Assembly (NCBI GenBank): GCA_033722655.1
Contig: JAWVYP010000001.1
Span: 1 to 36,003 of the forward strand
Length of the DNA: 36,003 nucleotides
Direction: 5' to 3'
Origin: Akkermansiaceae bacterium
Lineage (GTDB): Bacteria > Verrucomicrobiota > Verrucomicrobiia > Verrucomicrobiales > Akkermansiaceae
In this document: positions 25,234 to 34,353 of the stretch, piece after piece
How positions within the stretch are numbered: the first letter of the stretch is position 1
Layout: every line of letters starts with the position of its first letter
The notes under the pieces: model-generated
Database searches by the model: none
What the model was told of the DNA's origin: nothing
What the model saw: only the letters and a program-made list of their open reading frames with translations
Program-made: the position numbers and the translations under genes

Positions 25234-26976
25234 ATGACCCGCGAAGACTTGGCAGACGCTCTCGACGAAATCGCCATCCTGCTTGAGCTCAAGGGTGAAA
25301 ACCCCTTCAAGATCCGCGCCTACCGCAATGGTGCAGAAATCGTGCGCAACCACGAAGAGGACATCCTGCAACTCGCCAAGGATGACGAACTCAAGGGCAT
25401 CAAGGGAATCGGTGAAGCCCTGCAGGACAAACTCCACATCCTGGCGAGCACCGGAGAGCTGCCCTTCCTCCTGGATTTGCGCGGAGAGTTTCCCGAGGGA
25501 CTCTTCGATCTCTTCGACCTTCAGGGCCTCGGCCCCAAGAAGATCAAGGCGCTCTACGAAGAACTCAAGATCACCTCCATTCCCGAGCTCCAGGCCGCCT
25601 GTGACCAGGATCAGGTCGCCGGTCTCAAGGGCTTCGGCATGAAAACCCAGGAGAAGATCCTTGAGGCCATTTCCGCCAAGGAGGCCTATTCCGACCGCTT
25701 CCTGCTGGGTGCGGTCGTGCCCATTGCCGAGGAAATCCTCGGGCTCTTGCGCCAGCATCCCGAGGTCAGCCGGGTCGCCGTCGCCGGCTCCTACCGTCGC
25801 GCCAAGGAAACCGTTCACGACCTCGACTTCCTGGTCGAGACCAAGGAGGGCAAGCTGGTCTGTGAGGACTTCGCCACCATTCCCGACGTCAAGGACGTCA
25901 TCGCCTGCGGTGAGACCAAGGCCTCGGTGCGTCTCGAAAGTGGTCTGCAGTGCGACCTGCGGGCCGTCAGCAGCGAGCAGTTCCCCTTCGCTCTGATGTA
26001 TTTCACCGGCTCCAAGGAGCACAATGTGGCCATCCGTTCACGCGCCCTCAAGCAGGGCCTCTCCCTCAACGAATACGGCTTTACTCAGGCCAAGAAAGGC
26101 AAGCCGGCGGATATTCCCTCCGGTCTCCACGAAGAAAAGGACATCTATGCCCACCTCGGTCTGGCCTACGTCGATCCCGAGCTGCGGGAAGATCGCGGTG
26201 AGGTCGAGGCCGCGGAAAAGGGACCGCTGGAGCGGCTCGTCGAACTCGAGAACCTGCGCGGCACCTTCCACAACCACACCACCGCCTCGGACGGCAGGAA
26301 CACCCTTGAGGAAATGGCCAATGAGGCGATGGAGATGGGTCTCTCCTACCTGGGCATCGCCGACCACTCCAAGCTGCTGGCCTTTGCCAACGGCCTCGAC
26401 GAGGAGCGCCTCGCCCGACAGATCGAGGACATCGAGGCTTTCAACAGGAAGCAGGATGGCTTCCGCCTCTTTGCCGGCAGCGAGGTCGACATTCTCAAGG
26501 ACGGCAGCCTCGACTTCGATGACGAGATGCTGGCCCAACTCGATTACGTGGTCGCCTCGGTTCACACCTCGCTCCAGCTCGACGAGGAGCAGATGACCAA
26601 GCGCATCATTCGCGCCATGGAGAACGAATACGTGACCATGCTGGGACACCCGACCGGCCGTCTGCTGCTGCGCCGCAAGGCTTACTCGGTCAATCACGAG
26701 CGCATCATCGATTGCGCGGCAGAGACCCGCACCATCATCGAACTCAACTGCACGCCCAGCCGCCTCGACATGGACTGGCGCTGGTGGAAACGCGCCCGCG
26801 ACCGGAACGTGCTCTGCTCGATCAATCCCGACGCGCACTCCACCGAGGGCCTGCACCGGCTCGATATCGGCGTGCGCTGTGCCCGCAAGGGATGGCTGCG
26901 CAAGCAGGACCTGCTCAACACGTGCAGCATTAAGGAAGTGGAAGCCTATTTCAGCAAACCCAAGGACAAGCGCTAA
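25234..26976 (+). CDS. polX: DNA polymerase X with PHP domain
   Basis: GENPFKIRAY, GLGPKK, GSYRR.KETVHDLD, CDLR, YFTGSKEHN, LNEYG; PHP motifs HNHT, DHS, EVDI, HPTGR, DAH. Confidence 0.95.
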   Translation: MTREDLADALDEIAILLELKGENPFKIRAYRNGAEIVRNHEEDILQLAKDDELKGIKGIGEALQDKLHILASTGELPFLLDLRGEFPEGLFDLFDLQGLGPKKIKALYEELKITSIPELQAACDQDQVAGLKGFGMKTQEKILEAISAKEAYSDRFLLGAVVPIAEEILGLLRQHPEVSRVAVAGSYRRAKETVHDLDFLVETKEGKLVCEDFATIPDVKDVIACGETKASVRLESGLQCDLRAVSSEQFPFALMYFTGSKEHNVAIRSRALKQGLSLNEYGFTQAKKGKPADIPSGLHEEKDIYAHLGLAYVDPELREDRGEVEAAEKGPLERLVELENLRGTFHNHTTASDGRNTLEEMANEAMEMGLSYLGIADHSKLLAFANGLDEERLARQIEDIEAFNRKQDGFRLFAGSEVDILKDGSLDFDDEMLAQLDYVVASVHTSLQLDEEQMTKRIIRAMENEYVTMLGHPTGRLLLRRKAYSVNHERIIDCAAETRTIIELNCTPSRLDMDWRWWKRARDRNVLCSINPDAHSTEGLHRLDIGVRCARKGWLRKQDLLNTCSIKEVEAYFSKPKDKR

Positions 26977-27154
26977 CCCGGATCTTTCATGATTCTCGTG
27001 GGCGAGGCGCAGGAATTCTCGATGTTGCCAAGACCGACGCTGAAAACGCAGTCAGGGCTGAGTTGACACTCTGTCCACCTGCGTTTTCAAGGAGAACGCA
27101 GGCAACATCGGCAAGGACAAGCCGCAGACCGAGCTTTCATGAAATTTCCGGGTT
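26975..27154. mobile_element. ~180-bp MITE-like non-coding element with terminal and nested inverted repeats
   Basis: 18-bp terminal inverted repeats AACCCGGATCTTTCATGA / TCATGAAATTTCCGGGTT (2 mismatches); perfect inner pairs at 27020-27029/27101-27110 and 27041-27051/27079-27089; partial copy at 18746. Confidence 0.7.
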
Positions 27155-27178
27155 GGCCGATAAGCGGCTCAGTGCCGT

Positions 27179-27904
27179 TCATTCCTCAAGGGCCTTGAGG
27201 ATCTTGTCGCGGGACTCCTCGGAGAGTTTCTCCATCGGGAATTCAATGCCCGCGCCATTGGGCATGATGAAGGTGACCGTGGTCTTGTCCGCTTTCTTGA
27301 CGGCAGCCTTCATGGTCTGCCCTTCGGCGTTCGTCCACTCCTGCTGCTCGAAGAGCTTGGAGCGCCTACCCAGCGGTTCGTCTTCCGGCTCATCGCCGGT
27401 TCCCGCCGGAGGATCCTCCTTCAGCGCATCCTTGACTGCGCTGTCGAACTTGCGGTCGCTCGGGCGACCATCGAAGACCTTGTTTCCGGCCCGGTCAAAG
27501 ACCAGGATGTGGGGAATGCCGCGAACATTGACGGGGCCTCTGGCTCCCTTGGTGATGGTGTATTCGACCTTGGCGCCTTTCAGGACTGGCTCGATCTGCT
27601 TCTTGGAGTGGCCCTGGGACTCGGCGCCAATGATCACCAGGCCGTCATCGCGGTAGCGACGATCAAGTTTCGCCAAGTGGGGCAGTGAGGCGATGCAGGG
27701 CGGACAACGCACGCCCCAATACTCGAGCACCACCACCTTGCCCGCGAGATCGTCGATCTTCACTTCCTCACCGAAGAGGGTCTCACCCAGGGACCATTCC
27801 GAGAGCTGCTGTTGCTTGCCATCCTTTGCATGAGCGCAAGGAAGCAGGAATGCAGCCCATGCCAGCAAGGCGATGTGGATGAACGGGAATGTTGAAATTG
27901 CCAT
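27179..27904 (-). CDS. Exported TlpA-family thiol-disulfide oxidoreductase with a C-terminal SHD1-like domain
   Basis: GKVVVLEYWGVRCPPC, GIPH..VFDR.G; tail WTNAEG..MKA...P.EKLSEE.R; start ATG 27904 followed by a signal peptide. Confidence 0.85.
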   Translation of the reverse strand: MAISTFPFIHIALLAWAAFLLPCAHAKDGKQQQLSEWSLGETLFGEEVKIDDLAGKVVVLEYWGVRCPPCIASLPHLAKLDRRYRDDGLVIIGAESQGHSKKQIEPVLKGAKVEYTITKGARGPVNVRGIPHILVFDRAGNKVFDGRPSDRKFDSAVKDALKEDPPAGTGDEPEDEPLGRRSKLFEQQEWTNAEGQTMKAAVKKADKTTVTFIMPNGAGIEFPMEKLSEESRDKILKALEE

Positions 27905-28004
27905 GACACAAGAATCACGCATCCGGGTCGCATTGCAAGCATGGCTTGTGTCCAAGGGTTGCCCCGCCAGAAGCAAGTCCGCACCAAGCCCCCTCCGCCT
28001 CCCA

Positions 28005-29156
28005 TCAGTCGAGCCGTGGCACATCGACCCAGGCCCCGCGTTCATGGGACTCCCAGCTGAGCTCGGCCAGTTGCACCCCCTTGGCTCCCTCGCGCAGGGA
28101 CCAGGGAAAGGATTCATCGTTGACCACGTGTCTGATGAATTTCTCCCATTGCAGCTTGAAGGCGTTGTCGAACTCCATCTGGTTCGGCACCACCGTCCAG
28201 TTGTCATAGTAATCGATGGGACTGTCGATGTCGGGATTCCAGATCGGGCGCGGGGTCACGCTCTCGTGCTGGGCCCAACAATTGCGCAGGCCGACGATGG
28301 CGGAACCTTTGGTGCCATCGACCTGCATGGTAAATAGATCATCGCGGCGCACGCGCACGTTCCAGGAGGAGTTGAACTGGCAGATGATGCCCGTCTCGGT
28401 CTCGAAGAGGGCATAGGCCGAATCATCAGCGGTGCATTTGTAGGGCTCACCATTCTCGTCGCGGCGTTGGGGAATGTGAGTGGCCGCCTTGCAGAAGACC
28501 CGGGTCACCTCGCCGAAGAGATTGTCGATCACGTAACGCCAGTGGCAATGCATGTCGACGATGAGTCCTCCGCCGTCTTCCTTGCGGTAATTCCAGCTCG
28601 GTCGCTGGATGGGTTGGCCTTCGTGCTCCCCGGTGAAGACCCAGTAACCGAACTCACCGCGCACGCTGAGGATGTCACCGAAAAATCCCTGTTCCTTGAG
28701 CAATTGGTATTTGCGCAAGCCCGGCAGCCACAGCTTGTCCTGGACGGCCCCGTTCTTCACGCCCGCCCTTTCTGCCAATTCGGCCACTCGCAGGGCTTCA
28801 TCGAAGGAAGTGGCGGTTGGCTTCTCGCAATAGACGTGCTTGCCCGCGGCAATGGCCCGCTCGAGGAAGCCGACCCGGTAGGGTGTGCCCGAGGCATCAA
28901 AGAAGACCTCGTTGTGTCCGTCTGCCAGCGCGGCGTCGAGGTCGGTGGTGTAGCGCTCAACCTGGTGGGACTCGGCGAGGGCCTGCAGCTTGTCATTGTT
29001 GCGACCGGTGAGGATGGGATCGGGCATGACCAGAGTGTCTCCACACATCACCCCGCCCCGCTCGCGGATTGCGAGAATGGAGCGGAGGAGATGCTGGTTG
29101 GTGCCCATGCGTCCGGTGACGCCGTTGAGGATGATGCCGAGTTTCCTGGTCTTCAT
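28005..29156 (-). CDS. Gfo/Idh/MocA-family oxidoreductase
   Basis: GIILNGVTGRMG Rossmann-type start, GKHVYCEKP, GGGLIVDMHCH. Confidence 0.9.
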   Translation of the reverse strand: MKTRKLGIILNGVTGRMGTNQHLLRSILAIRERGGVMCGDTLVMPDPILTGRNNDKLQALAESHQVERYTTDLDAALADGHNEVFFDASGTPYRVGFLERAIAAGKHVYCEKPTATSFDEALRVAELAERAGVKNGAVQDKLWLPGLRKYQLLKEQGFFGDILSVRGEFGYWVFTGEHEGQPIQRPSWNYRKEDGGGLIVDMHCHWRYVIDNLFGEVTRVFCKAATHIPQRRDENGEPYKCTADDSAYALFETETGIICQFNSSWNVRVRRDDLFTMQVDGTKGSAIVGLRNCWAQHESVTPRPIWNPDIDSPIDYYDNWTVVPNQMEFDNAFKLQWEKFIRHVVNDESFPWSLREGAKGVQLAELSWESHERGAWVDVPRLD

Positions 29157-29179
29157 GAGTGGTTTTGTTGGGGGGTGAT

Positions 29180-29992
29180 TTATAGGTCGGCGCAACTGGC
29201 GATGACTTTGTCGAGGAAGCCGAGTTGGTCCTCGGACCAGTATTTGCTGGAAAAGATTTCGACTTCACTTGGGCCATCAAAGCCCGCCTCATGAACCATT
29301 TTGGAGATCCGTGCCGAGGCATTCACTCCTTCCCCTGGCAATCCGCGATCAAGCAGAACATCCTCGAAGTCGGGCTTGAATTCACAGACGTGAAAGGCAA
29401 ACAACCGCTGGGCCTCAGCGCAGCGCCGAATCTGGGCTTCAAGCCCGCTCTCCCACCAGACGTGGAAGACATCGAGCGCCACACCCACCAGCGGATGATC
29501 CAGCGTTTCGGCGAGCTCATTGGCGTCGCGCATCGAGGCCACGCCGGAGCGATCGCCGGCATACATGGGATGCAGGGGTTCGATGGCGAGCTTGATTCCC
29601 GCCGCTTGCGCCTGGGGAAGGATGGCAGCGATGCCGTCACGAATTTGCTCCAGATTCTCCTCCGGGCTTTGCCCCAAAGTTGCGCCGCAGACCAGCACCA
29701 CCATGGGCAGACCGAGGGTCTCCGCTTCCCGCAGGGCTTGGCGGTTGGCCACGATGGCGGCATCGCGCTCTGCCTGTTTTGCGCCGGTGAAGAATCCACC
29801 GCGGACGAGGCTCACGGGCTTGAGCCCACTGTCATCGAGGTGGCGCTTCACGCTCGCCAGGTCCTCTCCGACAAGCGTTTCACGCCAGATGGAAATCCCT
29901 CCGATGCCCTTGCGGGCGTAATGTTCCAAGCACTCGTGAATGGACCAGGGCTTGGTGGTGAAGGTGTGAATGGCGAGTTGGTCAGGGGTCAT
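29180..29992 (-). CDS. Sugar phosphate isomerase/epimerase (xylose-isomerase-like TIM barrel)
   Basis: LAIEPLHP, LDVFHVWW, FHVCE, DRGLPGEG, EVEIF metal-binding pattern. Confidence 0.88.
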   Translation of the reverse strand: MTPDQLAIHTFTTKPWSIHECLEHYARKGIGGISIWRETLVGEDLASVKRHLDDSGLKPVSLVRGGFFTGAKQAERDAAIVANRQALREAETLGLPMVVLVCGATLGQSPEENLEQIRDGIAAILPQAQAAGIKLAIEPLHPMYAGDRSGVASMRDANELAETLDHPLVGVALDVFHVWWESGLEAQIRRCAEAQRLFAFHVCEFKPDFEDVLLDRGLPGEGVNASARISKMVHEAGFDGPSEVEIFSSKYWSEDQLGFLDKVIASCADL

Positions 29993-30975
29993 GGGGTTGA
30001 GTCTCCTGGAATGACTTTTCCGCTCAGGCGCTGCAGTTTTCCGCTCGGCTGGTTTTCGATGATCTCCTTCTGAAGGCGCAAGGCTGCCTGCTCGGCCAGT
30101 TCCTCGACCGGCAGACTCACCGTGGTCAGCATGGGTCGCGAGAGGCGGCGCACCGGAGAGTCGTCAAAACCCGTCACTGCAATCTGACCCGGCACCTCAA
30201 GCCCGTTCTGGAAGAGCTCACTCAAGATCACGGTACCCACAATGTCATTCACGCAAATCAGCACGTTTGCCTTCTGTCCCGCCTCTGCCATTCCTTCCCA
30301 CTGGATCGCGGCGGTGTTTTCAAAAACCAGGCAGTCCTTCTCCGGATCGAAGGCAATCCGGCGTAGCCTGCAAGCCGCATCAAAAGCCGCAAGGCGCTCC
30401 TCATGAATGCTGCCCAAGTCTTCGATGGATATGAACTTGGGGCGAATCTCTTTCATCCGTCCGATCAGATGATCCAGCAATTCCAGCATCCCCAAATCGT
30501 GATCCACGGCGACACAGGGCATGTCCGGAATGGCCCGGTTGAGCACCACAAAGGGAACGTCATGACGCTCTAGCTTCTTGATCAGCGATGCTGCCGGGCG
30601 GTGGAAGGCAAATACGAAGGCGTCAATGTCTCCTCCCTTCTTGTGTGGAAAGGGCTTGAATCCGGGAGCATTCACTTCGCACAGCAGATTCAGTCCGCAA
30701 AGCGTGAAGCCACGACGCAAGCCCTCAACCAATGCTGCAAAATCATAGAAGAGAGACCGCTCGGGATCGGAGTGACGCGGCAGGACCAACTTCACATTGA
30801 GAATGGCCCGCCCACGGTGGCGGCGGTTGGGGCGCTTGTCGTAGCCCGCATCCCGGGCCACCGCATCGATCTTATCGCGCATGGCCGCGCTGATCAGGCG
30901 AGACCCATTGAGCGCGCGTGAGACGGTCGATGCGGAAACCCCGACTTTGCGGGCGATGTCATTGATGGTTGGCAT
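29989..30975 (-). CDS. LacI-family transcriptional regulator
   Basis: TINDIARKVGVSASTVSRALN HTH; CVND, VPGQIAVTGFDD, LTTV. Confidence 0.92.
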   Translation of the reverse strand: MPTINDIARKVGVSASTVSRALNGSRLISAAMRDKIDAVARDAGYDKRPNRRHRGRAILNVKLVLPRHSDPERSLFYDFAALVEGLRRGFTLCGLNLLCEVNAPGFKPFPHKKGGDIDAFVFAFHRPAASLIKKLERHDVPFVVLNRAIPDMPCVAVDHDLGMLELLDHLIGRMKEIRPKFISIEDLGSIHEERLAAFDAACRLRRIAFDPEKDCLVFENTAAIQWEGMAEAGQKANVLICVNDIVGTVILSELFQNGLEVPGQIAVTGFDDSPVRRLSRPMLTTVSLPVEELAEQAALRLQKEIIENQPSGKLQRLSGKVIPGDSTP

Positions 30976-30984
30976 GGTGCAATC

Positions 30985-31932
30985 TCACACTTCGTAGCCG
31001 AGGCGCTTGGCGCAGTCCTCGAGGATTTCAGCCTCCCAATCGGGGCGGCGCGGGCATTTTGGATGGGGCTCAGGACTCGGGATGCGACCGAGCAGGTGCT
31101 GAAACACCGCACAGCTGTGCTTGTAGGCAGGCACCGGGGCGCGAAAGCCGACATTGCCGAGATGCTGCAAGGCGTCATTGAGTTCGTGGTAACGCTCATC
31201 CCCATCGAGCCAGTACTGGTCGCGCAGGGCAAACTTCTCGGGGCAGAATGCCGCCAGCCCCAGCAGGTAGTCCGAGCCGTATTCGATCATGTCGATGCCC
31301 AGATCGTTGCCGGTGAAGATCATGAAGTCCGGACGGAGTTCGTCGCGGATTTCCAGACGGCGCAACTCGAGGCCCCGGTCCAGCGATGAGTGCTTGATGC
31401 CCTTGAGCGCCGGAATCCGCATCAAGCCACGAAAGGTCTGCTCGTCGTAGATCATGCCGTTGGGCGCGAACATCCTGCCCAATTCGAAACCGAAGACCGA
31501 TTCATGCCCTTCACAGACCTTGGCATACAGTTCGACAATCCTCTCGGCCGGCCAGTCGTGGAAGCGCGTCGTCTGGAACAGGATGGGCGTGCCTCCAAAG
31601 GAGACGATTTCATCCATCTGGCGACGGTAGAGATCCACCAAATCCCCTTCCATTCCCTCGACGAAGACCCCCGCCACAAAGTCCCGGCGGCCATCGATCA
31701 CTCCCTGGGTCCACCCAAGCACTTCAGTGCGTTCGGCTGCTGTCAGGTAATTTGCATAGCCGGTGTCCATGTTCACCGCACATCCGAGAGCCGCTTCCGT
31801 GGTGCGATGCACGGCCGCTTCAAAAGCCTCCCGGGCAATGGCTCCCCTTTCATCATAGGGCAGCAAACAGGCGGCATAGCCGTTGATTTTGCGGCGCAGT
31901 CGTTTGATGCCGTGGCGGGATTCAATGGTCAC
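30985..31932 (-). CDS. Dihydrodipicolinate-synthase-like class I aldolase/dehydratase (divergent, not DapA)
   Basis: LLPYDE.G.I, NMDTGY in place of GTTGE, GIKHSS Schiff-base Lys, FTGND; start probably GTG 31932. Confidence 0.75.
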   Translation of the reverse strand: MTIESRHGIKRLRRKINGYAACLLPYDERGAIAREAFEAAVHRTTEAALGCAVNMDTGYANYLTAAERTEVLGWTQGVIDGRRDFVAGVFVEGMEGDLVDLYRRQMDEIVSFGGTPILFQTTRFHDWPAERIVELYAKVCEGHESVFGFELGRMFAPNGMIYDEQTFRGLMRIPALKGIKHSSLDRGLELRRLEIRDELRPDFMIFTGNDLGIDMIEYGSDYLLGLAAFCPEKFALRDQYWLDGDERYHELNDALQHLGNVGFRAPVPAYKHSCAVFQHLLGRIPSPEPHPKCPRRPDWEAEILEDCAKRLGYEV

Positions 31933-31941
31933 GGGTCTTTT

Positions 31942-31994
31942 ATTGCATGCAATTATTGATTTGCAAATCCAATTCTGGCAAAGATTGTGACAAT
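31942..31994. promoter_or_regulatory. Three palindromes in the divergent promoter region; candidate operators for the LacI regulator
   Basis: ATTGCATGCAAT (31942-31953), GATTTGCAAATC (31958-31969), ATTGTGACAAT (31984-31994) in an AT-rich intergenic region. Confidence 0.5.
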
Positions 31995-32127
31995 TGATGG
32001 AAGACAGAAATGGCCAAACTTGGCCTTGCACCCGTGGCCTTGTGCCTTTTGGATCTCCGCCCTATCAGCCAATGGAGTGAAACCGGCTGAACCCATGCAC
32101 CGCCACTACGGCCATCGACTTCAACCC

Positions 32128-33846
32128 ATGAAAGAATCGAAAGACGAACTCGCCCAGATCGAGGAAGCCTCCAGGAAAGGTCCCCTCGGCAAAGCCGCCA
32201 TCTACACCAAACTCTCCGGCCCCGGCTGGTTGCAGAGCGCCATCACCCTTGGCGGTGGCTCCTTGGCCGGTGCGCTCTACCTCGGCGTGATCGCGGGCTA
32301 TGGCCTGATGTGGCTCCAACCCCTGGCCATGATCTGCGGCATCATCATGCTGTCGGCCATTGCCTACGTCACCCTTTCGACCGGCAGAAAGCCACTCCGT
32401 CAAATCAATACCCACCTCAGCCCTCTTCTGGGCTGGTCCTGGGTAGTCGCAACCATCATGGCCAACATGGTCTGGGCGATGCCGCAATTTGCACTCGCTA
32501 CCGCAGCCATCCAACAGAACCTGTTCTCCGAGCGGATCCCCACCAGCACCATTGTCATTCTGCTCTTTGCGACAGCTCTCTTCGTCAACCACCTCTACCA
32601 GTCGGGCGGGCGCGGCGCGAAGGCCTTTGACATCATCATCAAGCTGATGGTCGGCCTGATCGTAATCTCCTTCTTTGCGGTCGTCATCACGCTGACCACC
32701 AGTGGCAACATCAATTGGGGCGAAATCTTTGGCGGCTTCGCACCCAACTTCTCACTGCTCTTCAAGCCGGCTGCCGGTTTTGCCGACATCATTGCCAGCT
32801 CTTCCGATCCCACCTTCTGGAAGGAATACATCGCCGACGTGCAACGGGATCGCATCATGACCGCATTCGGCACGGCGGTGGGCATCAACATGACCTGGCT
32901 GCTCCCCTACTCGCTGCTCAAGAAGCGTTGGGGCAAGAAGCACCGCGGTCTGTCGATTTTCGACCTTTCCATCGGACTATTCATTCCCTTCTTCCTCGCC
33001 ACCACCTGCGTGGTGATTGCCGCGGCCTCCTCCTTCCACCTCAAGACCGGTGATCTCGACCCCGGGGCCGGAGCTGCAACCTTGCAGGAAATCCCAGCCA
33101 TCGAGCAATCCATCGGTGAATTCAAGAAACAGAATCCCGGGGATGAAAAAGGTCTGGAACTTCTCATTGCCTCCTCGACGAAGGCCCTTCCCGTTGCCGA
33201 CCACAAACTCGCTGACATGCTTGTCGGCAGGGATGCCAACTCGCTGGCCATCACACTGGAGCCATTTGCTGGAGAAACCGTTTCCCAGAAGATCTTTGGC
33301 ATCGGCGTGCTCGGCATGGCACTCTCCTCCATCATCATCCTCATGCTGATGAATGGGGTCGCCTTCCAGGAAGTCTTTGGCGGCAAGGATTATCAGCCCG
33401 GCGAAAAAGACTCCGCTTCCAAGACCAAGAAACTGTTCTTCATAGGTTGCGGCGTTTCCGGCCTGGCCGGTGGTTGCTTCGAGTTGCTCTGGTCCGGTCA
33501 GTCCAGGGCGGCCCTTGCCATTCCCACCTCGGTGATTGGAGGTTCTCTCATTCCCATCGCCTATTTCACCTTCCTGCTGATGATGAATTCCAAGAAAATA
33601 CTTGGAGACAGCCGCCCCACCGGACGCAAGCGCCTCCTCTGGAATGTCTTGATGGCGGCAGCCACCGTCATTGCTTCTTTCGGCTCGGTCTGGGTGCTTA
33701 TCGGCAAGGCCAACTTCGACAAATGGAAGGGCATGACCCCGGACAGTTGGCTCAGCGTGATTCCCGTCGTGGGACTCTTCATCCTGGTCGTGCTCTTCGT
33801 CGTCGGCACGCTCACCTTCATTGCCAAGGAAAGAAAAGCGGACTGA
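32128..33846 (+). CDS. NRAMP-related (APC superfamily) transporter lacking the DPGN motif
   Basis: SGPGWLQSAITLGGGS...G...GYGLMW start typical of NRAMP-like proteins; about 12 TM segments; start probably ATG 32128. Confidence 0.75.
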   Translation: MKESKDELAQIEEASRKGPLGKAAIYTKLSGPGWLQSAITLGGGSLAGALYLGVIAGYGLMWLQPLAMICGIIMLSAIAYVTLSTGRKPLRQINTHLSPLLGWSWVVATIMANMVWAMPQFALATAAIQQNLFSERIPTSTIVILLFATALFVNHLYQSGGRGAKAFDIIIKLMVGLIVISFFAVVITLTTSGNINWGEIFGGFAPNFSLLFKPAAGFADIIASSSDPTFWKEYIADVQRDRIMTAFGTAVGINMTWLLPYSLLKKRWGKKHRGLSIFDLSIGLFIPFFLATTCVVIAAASSFHLKTGDLDPGAGAATLQEIPAIEQSIGEFKKQNPGDEKGLELLIASSTKALPVADHKLADMLVGRDANSLAITLEPFAGETVSQKIFGIGVLGMALSSIIILMLMNGVAFQEVFGGKDYQPGEKDSASKTKKLFFIGCGVSGLAGGCFELLWSGQSRAALAIPTSVIGGSLIPIAYFTFLLMMNSKKILGDSRPTGRKRLLWNVLMAAATVIASFGSVWVLIGKANFDKWKGMTPDSWLSVIPVVGLFILVVLFVVGTLTFIAKERKAD

Positions 33847-33886
33847 TCATCAGCCTTGGCCACTTACAGCCGCTTCAACAGCGGCT

Positions 33887-34240
33887 TCAGACCTCGTAGA
33901 TGTCATCATCGTCGATGTCGGGAATCCCGATGACGAGCACGCGCATCTTGCCGATGGCCTCGTGGATCACGCCCGGCGGGATGTGGATCATGGTTCCCGG
34001 CCGCACGTCCTGCTTCTCACCGTCGAGGATGACGTGGCCCTCGCCACTGAGCACGTAGTAGAGCTCGGTGCTGCGCTTGTGGTAATGCGCCTTAGCGCCG
34101 TCGATGTCCACCGCATGGGCCCAGGCCGCCAGATCCCCGTCCCCACGACTGAGCAGGCGGTAGCGATGCCCACAGTTGCTCTTTTCGACCGTGGCCTCGT
34201 CCTCGTGGCGAAGGATCCATCGTTTGGGGGAATCGGACAT
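33887..34240 (-). CDS. Cupin-domain protein
   Basis: HYH..STELYYVLSGEG and IPPGVIH cupin motifs. Confidence 0.85.
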   Translation of the reverse strand: MSDSPKRWILRHEDEATVEKSNCGHRYRLLSRGDGDLAAWAHAVDIDGAKAHYHKRSTELYYVLSGEGHVILDGEKQDVRPGTMIHIPPGVIHEAIGKMRVLVIGIPDIDDDDIYEV

Positions 34241-34353
34241 GGTATGGTTATATCCACTAGTCGGCTTAGGGCAAGGCGTCAGGGAGCCCCTATCGTCACT
34301 CTCCCCACAATCCCCTTGATCAAAGCGCCTCTCTAAGCTTTCCCTTCCCCCGC

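Noticed and set aside
25234-26976. PolX as part of an NHEJ or defence system, or as an inactive variant
   Set aside because: Catalytic Asp residues and PHP motifs look canonical and no Ku, LigD or defence genes are adjacent.
18746-27022. 44-bp direct repeats as attL/attR of a genomic island, or as CRISPR repeats
   Set aside because: No integrase, tRNA, spacer array or cas genes; the enclosed genes are housekeeping-type; the repeat is part of an element with its own inverted ends.
34241-34353. T-box or other leader RNA upstream of thrS
   Set aside because: The gap is only 113 bp, is shared with a divergent gene, and shows no T-box consensus or terminator.
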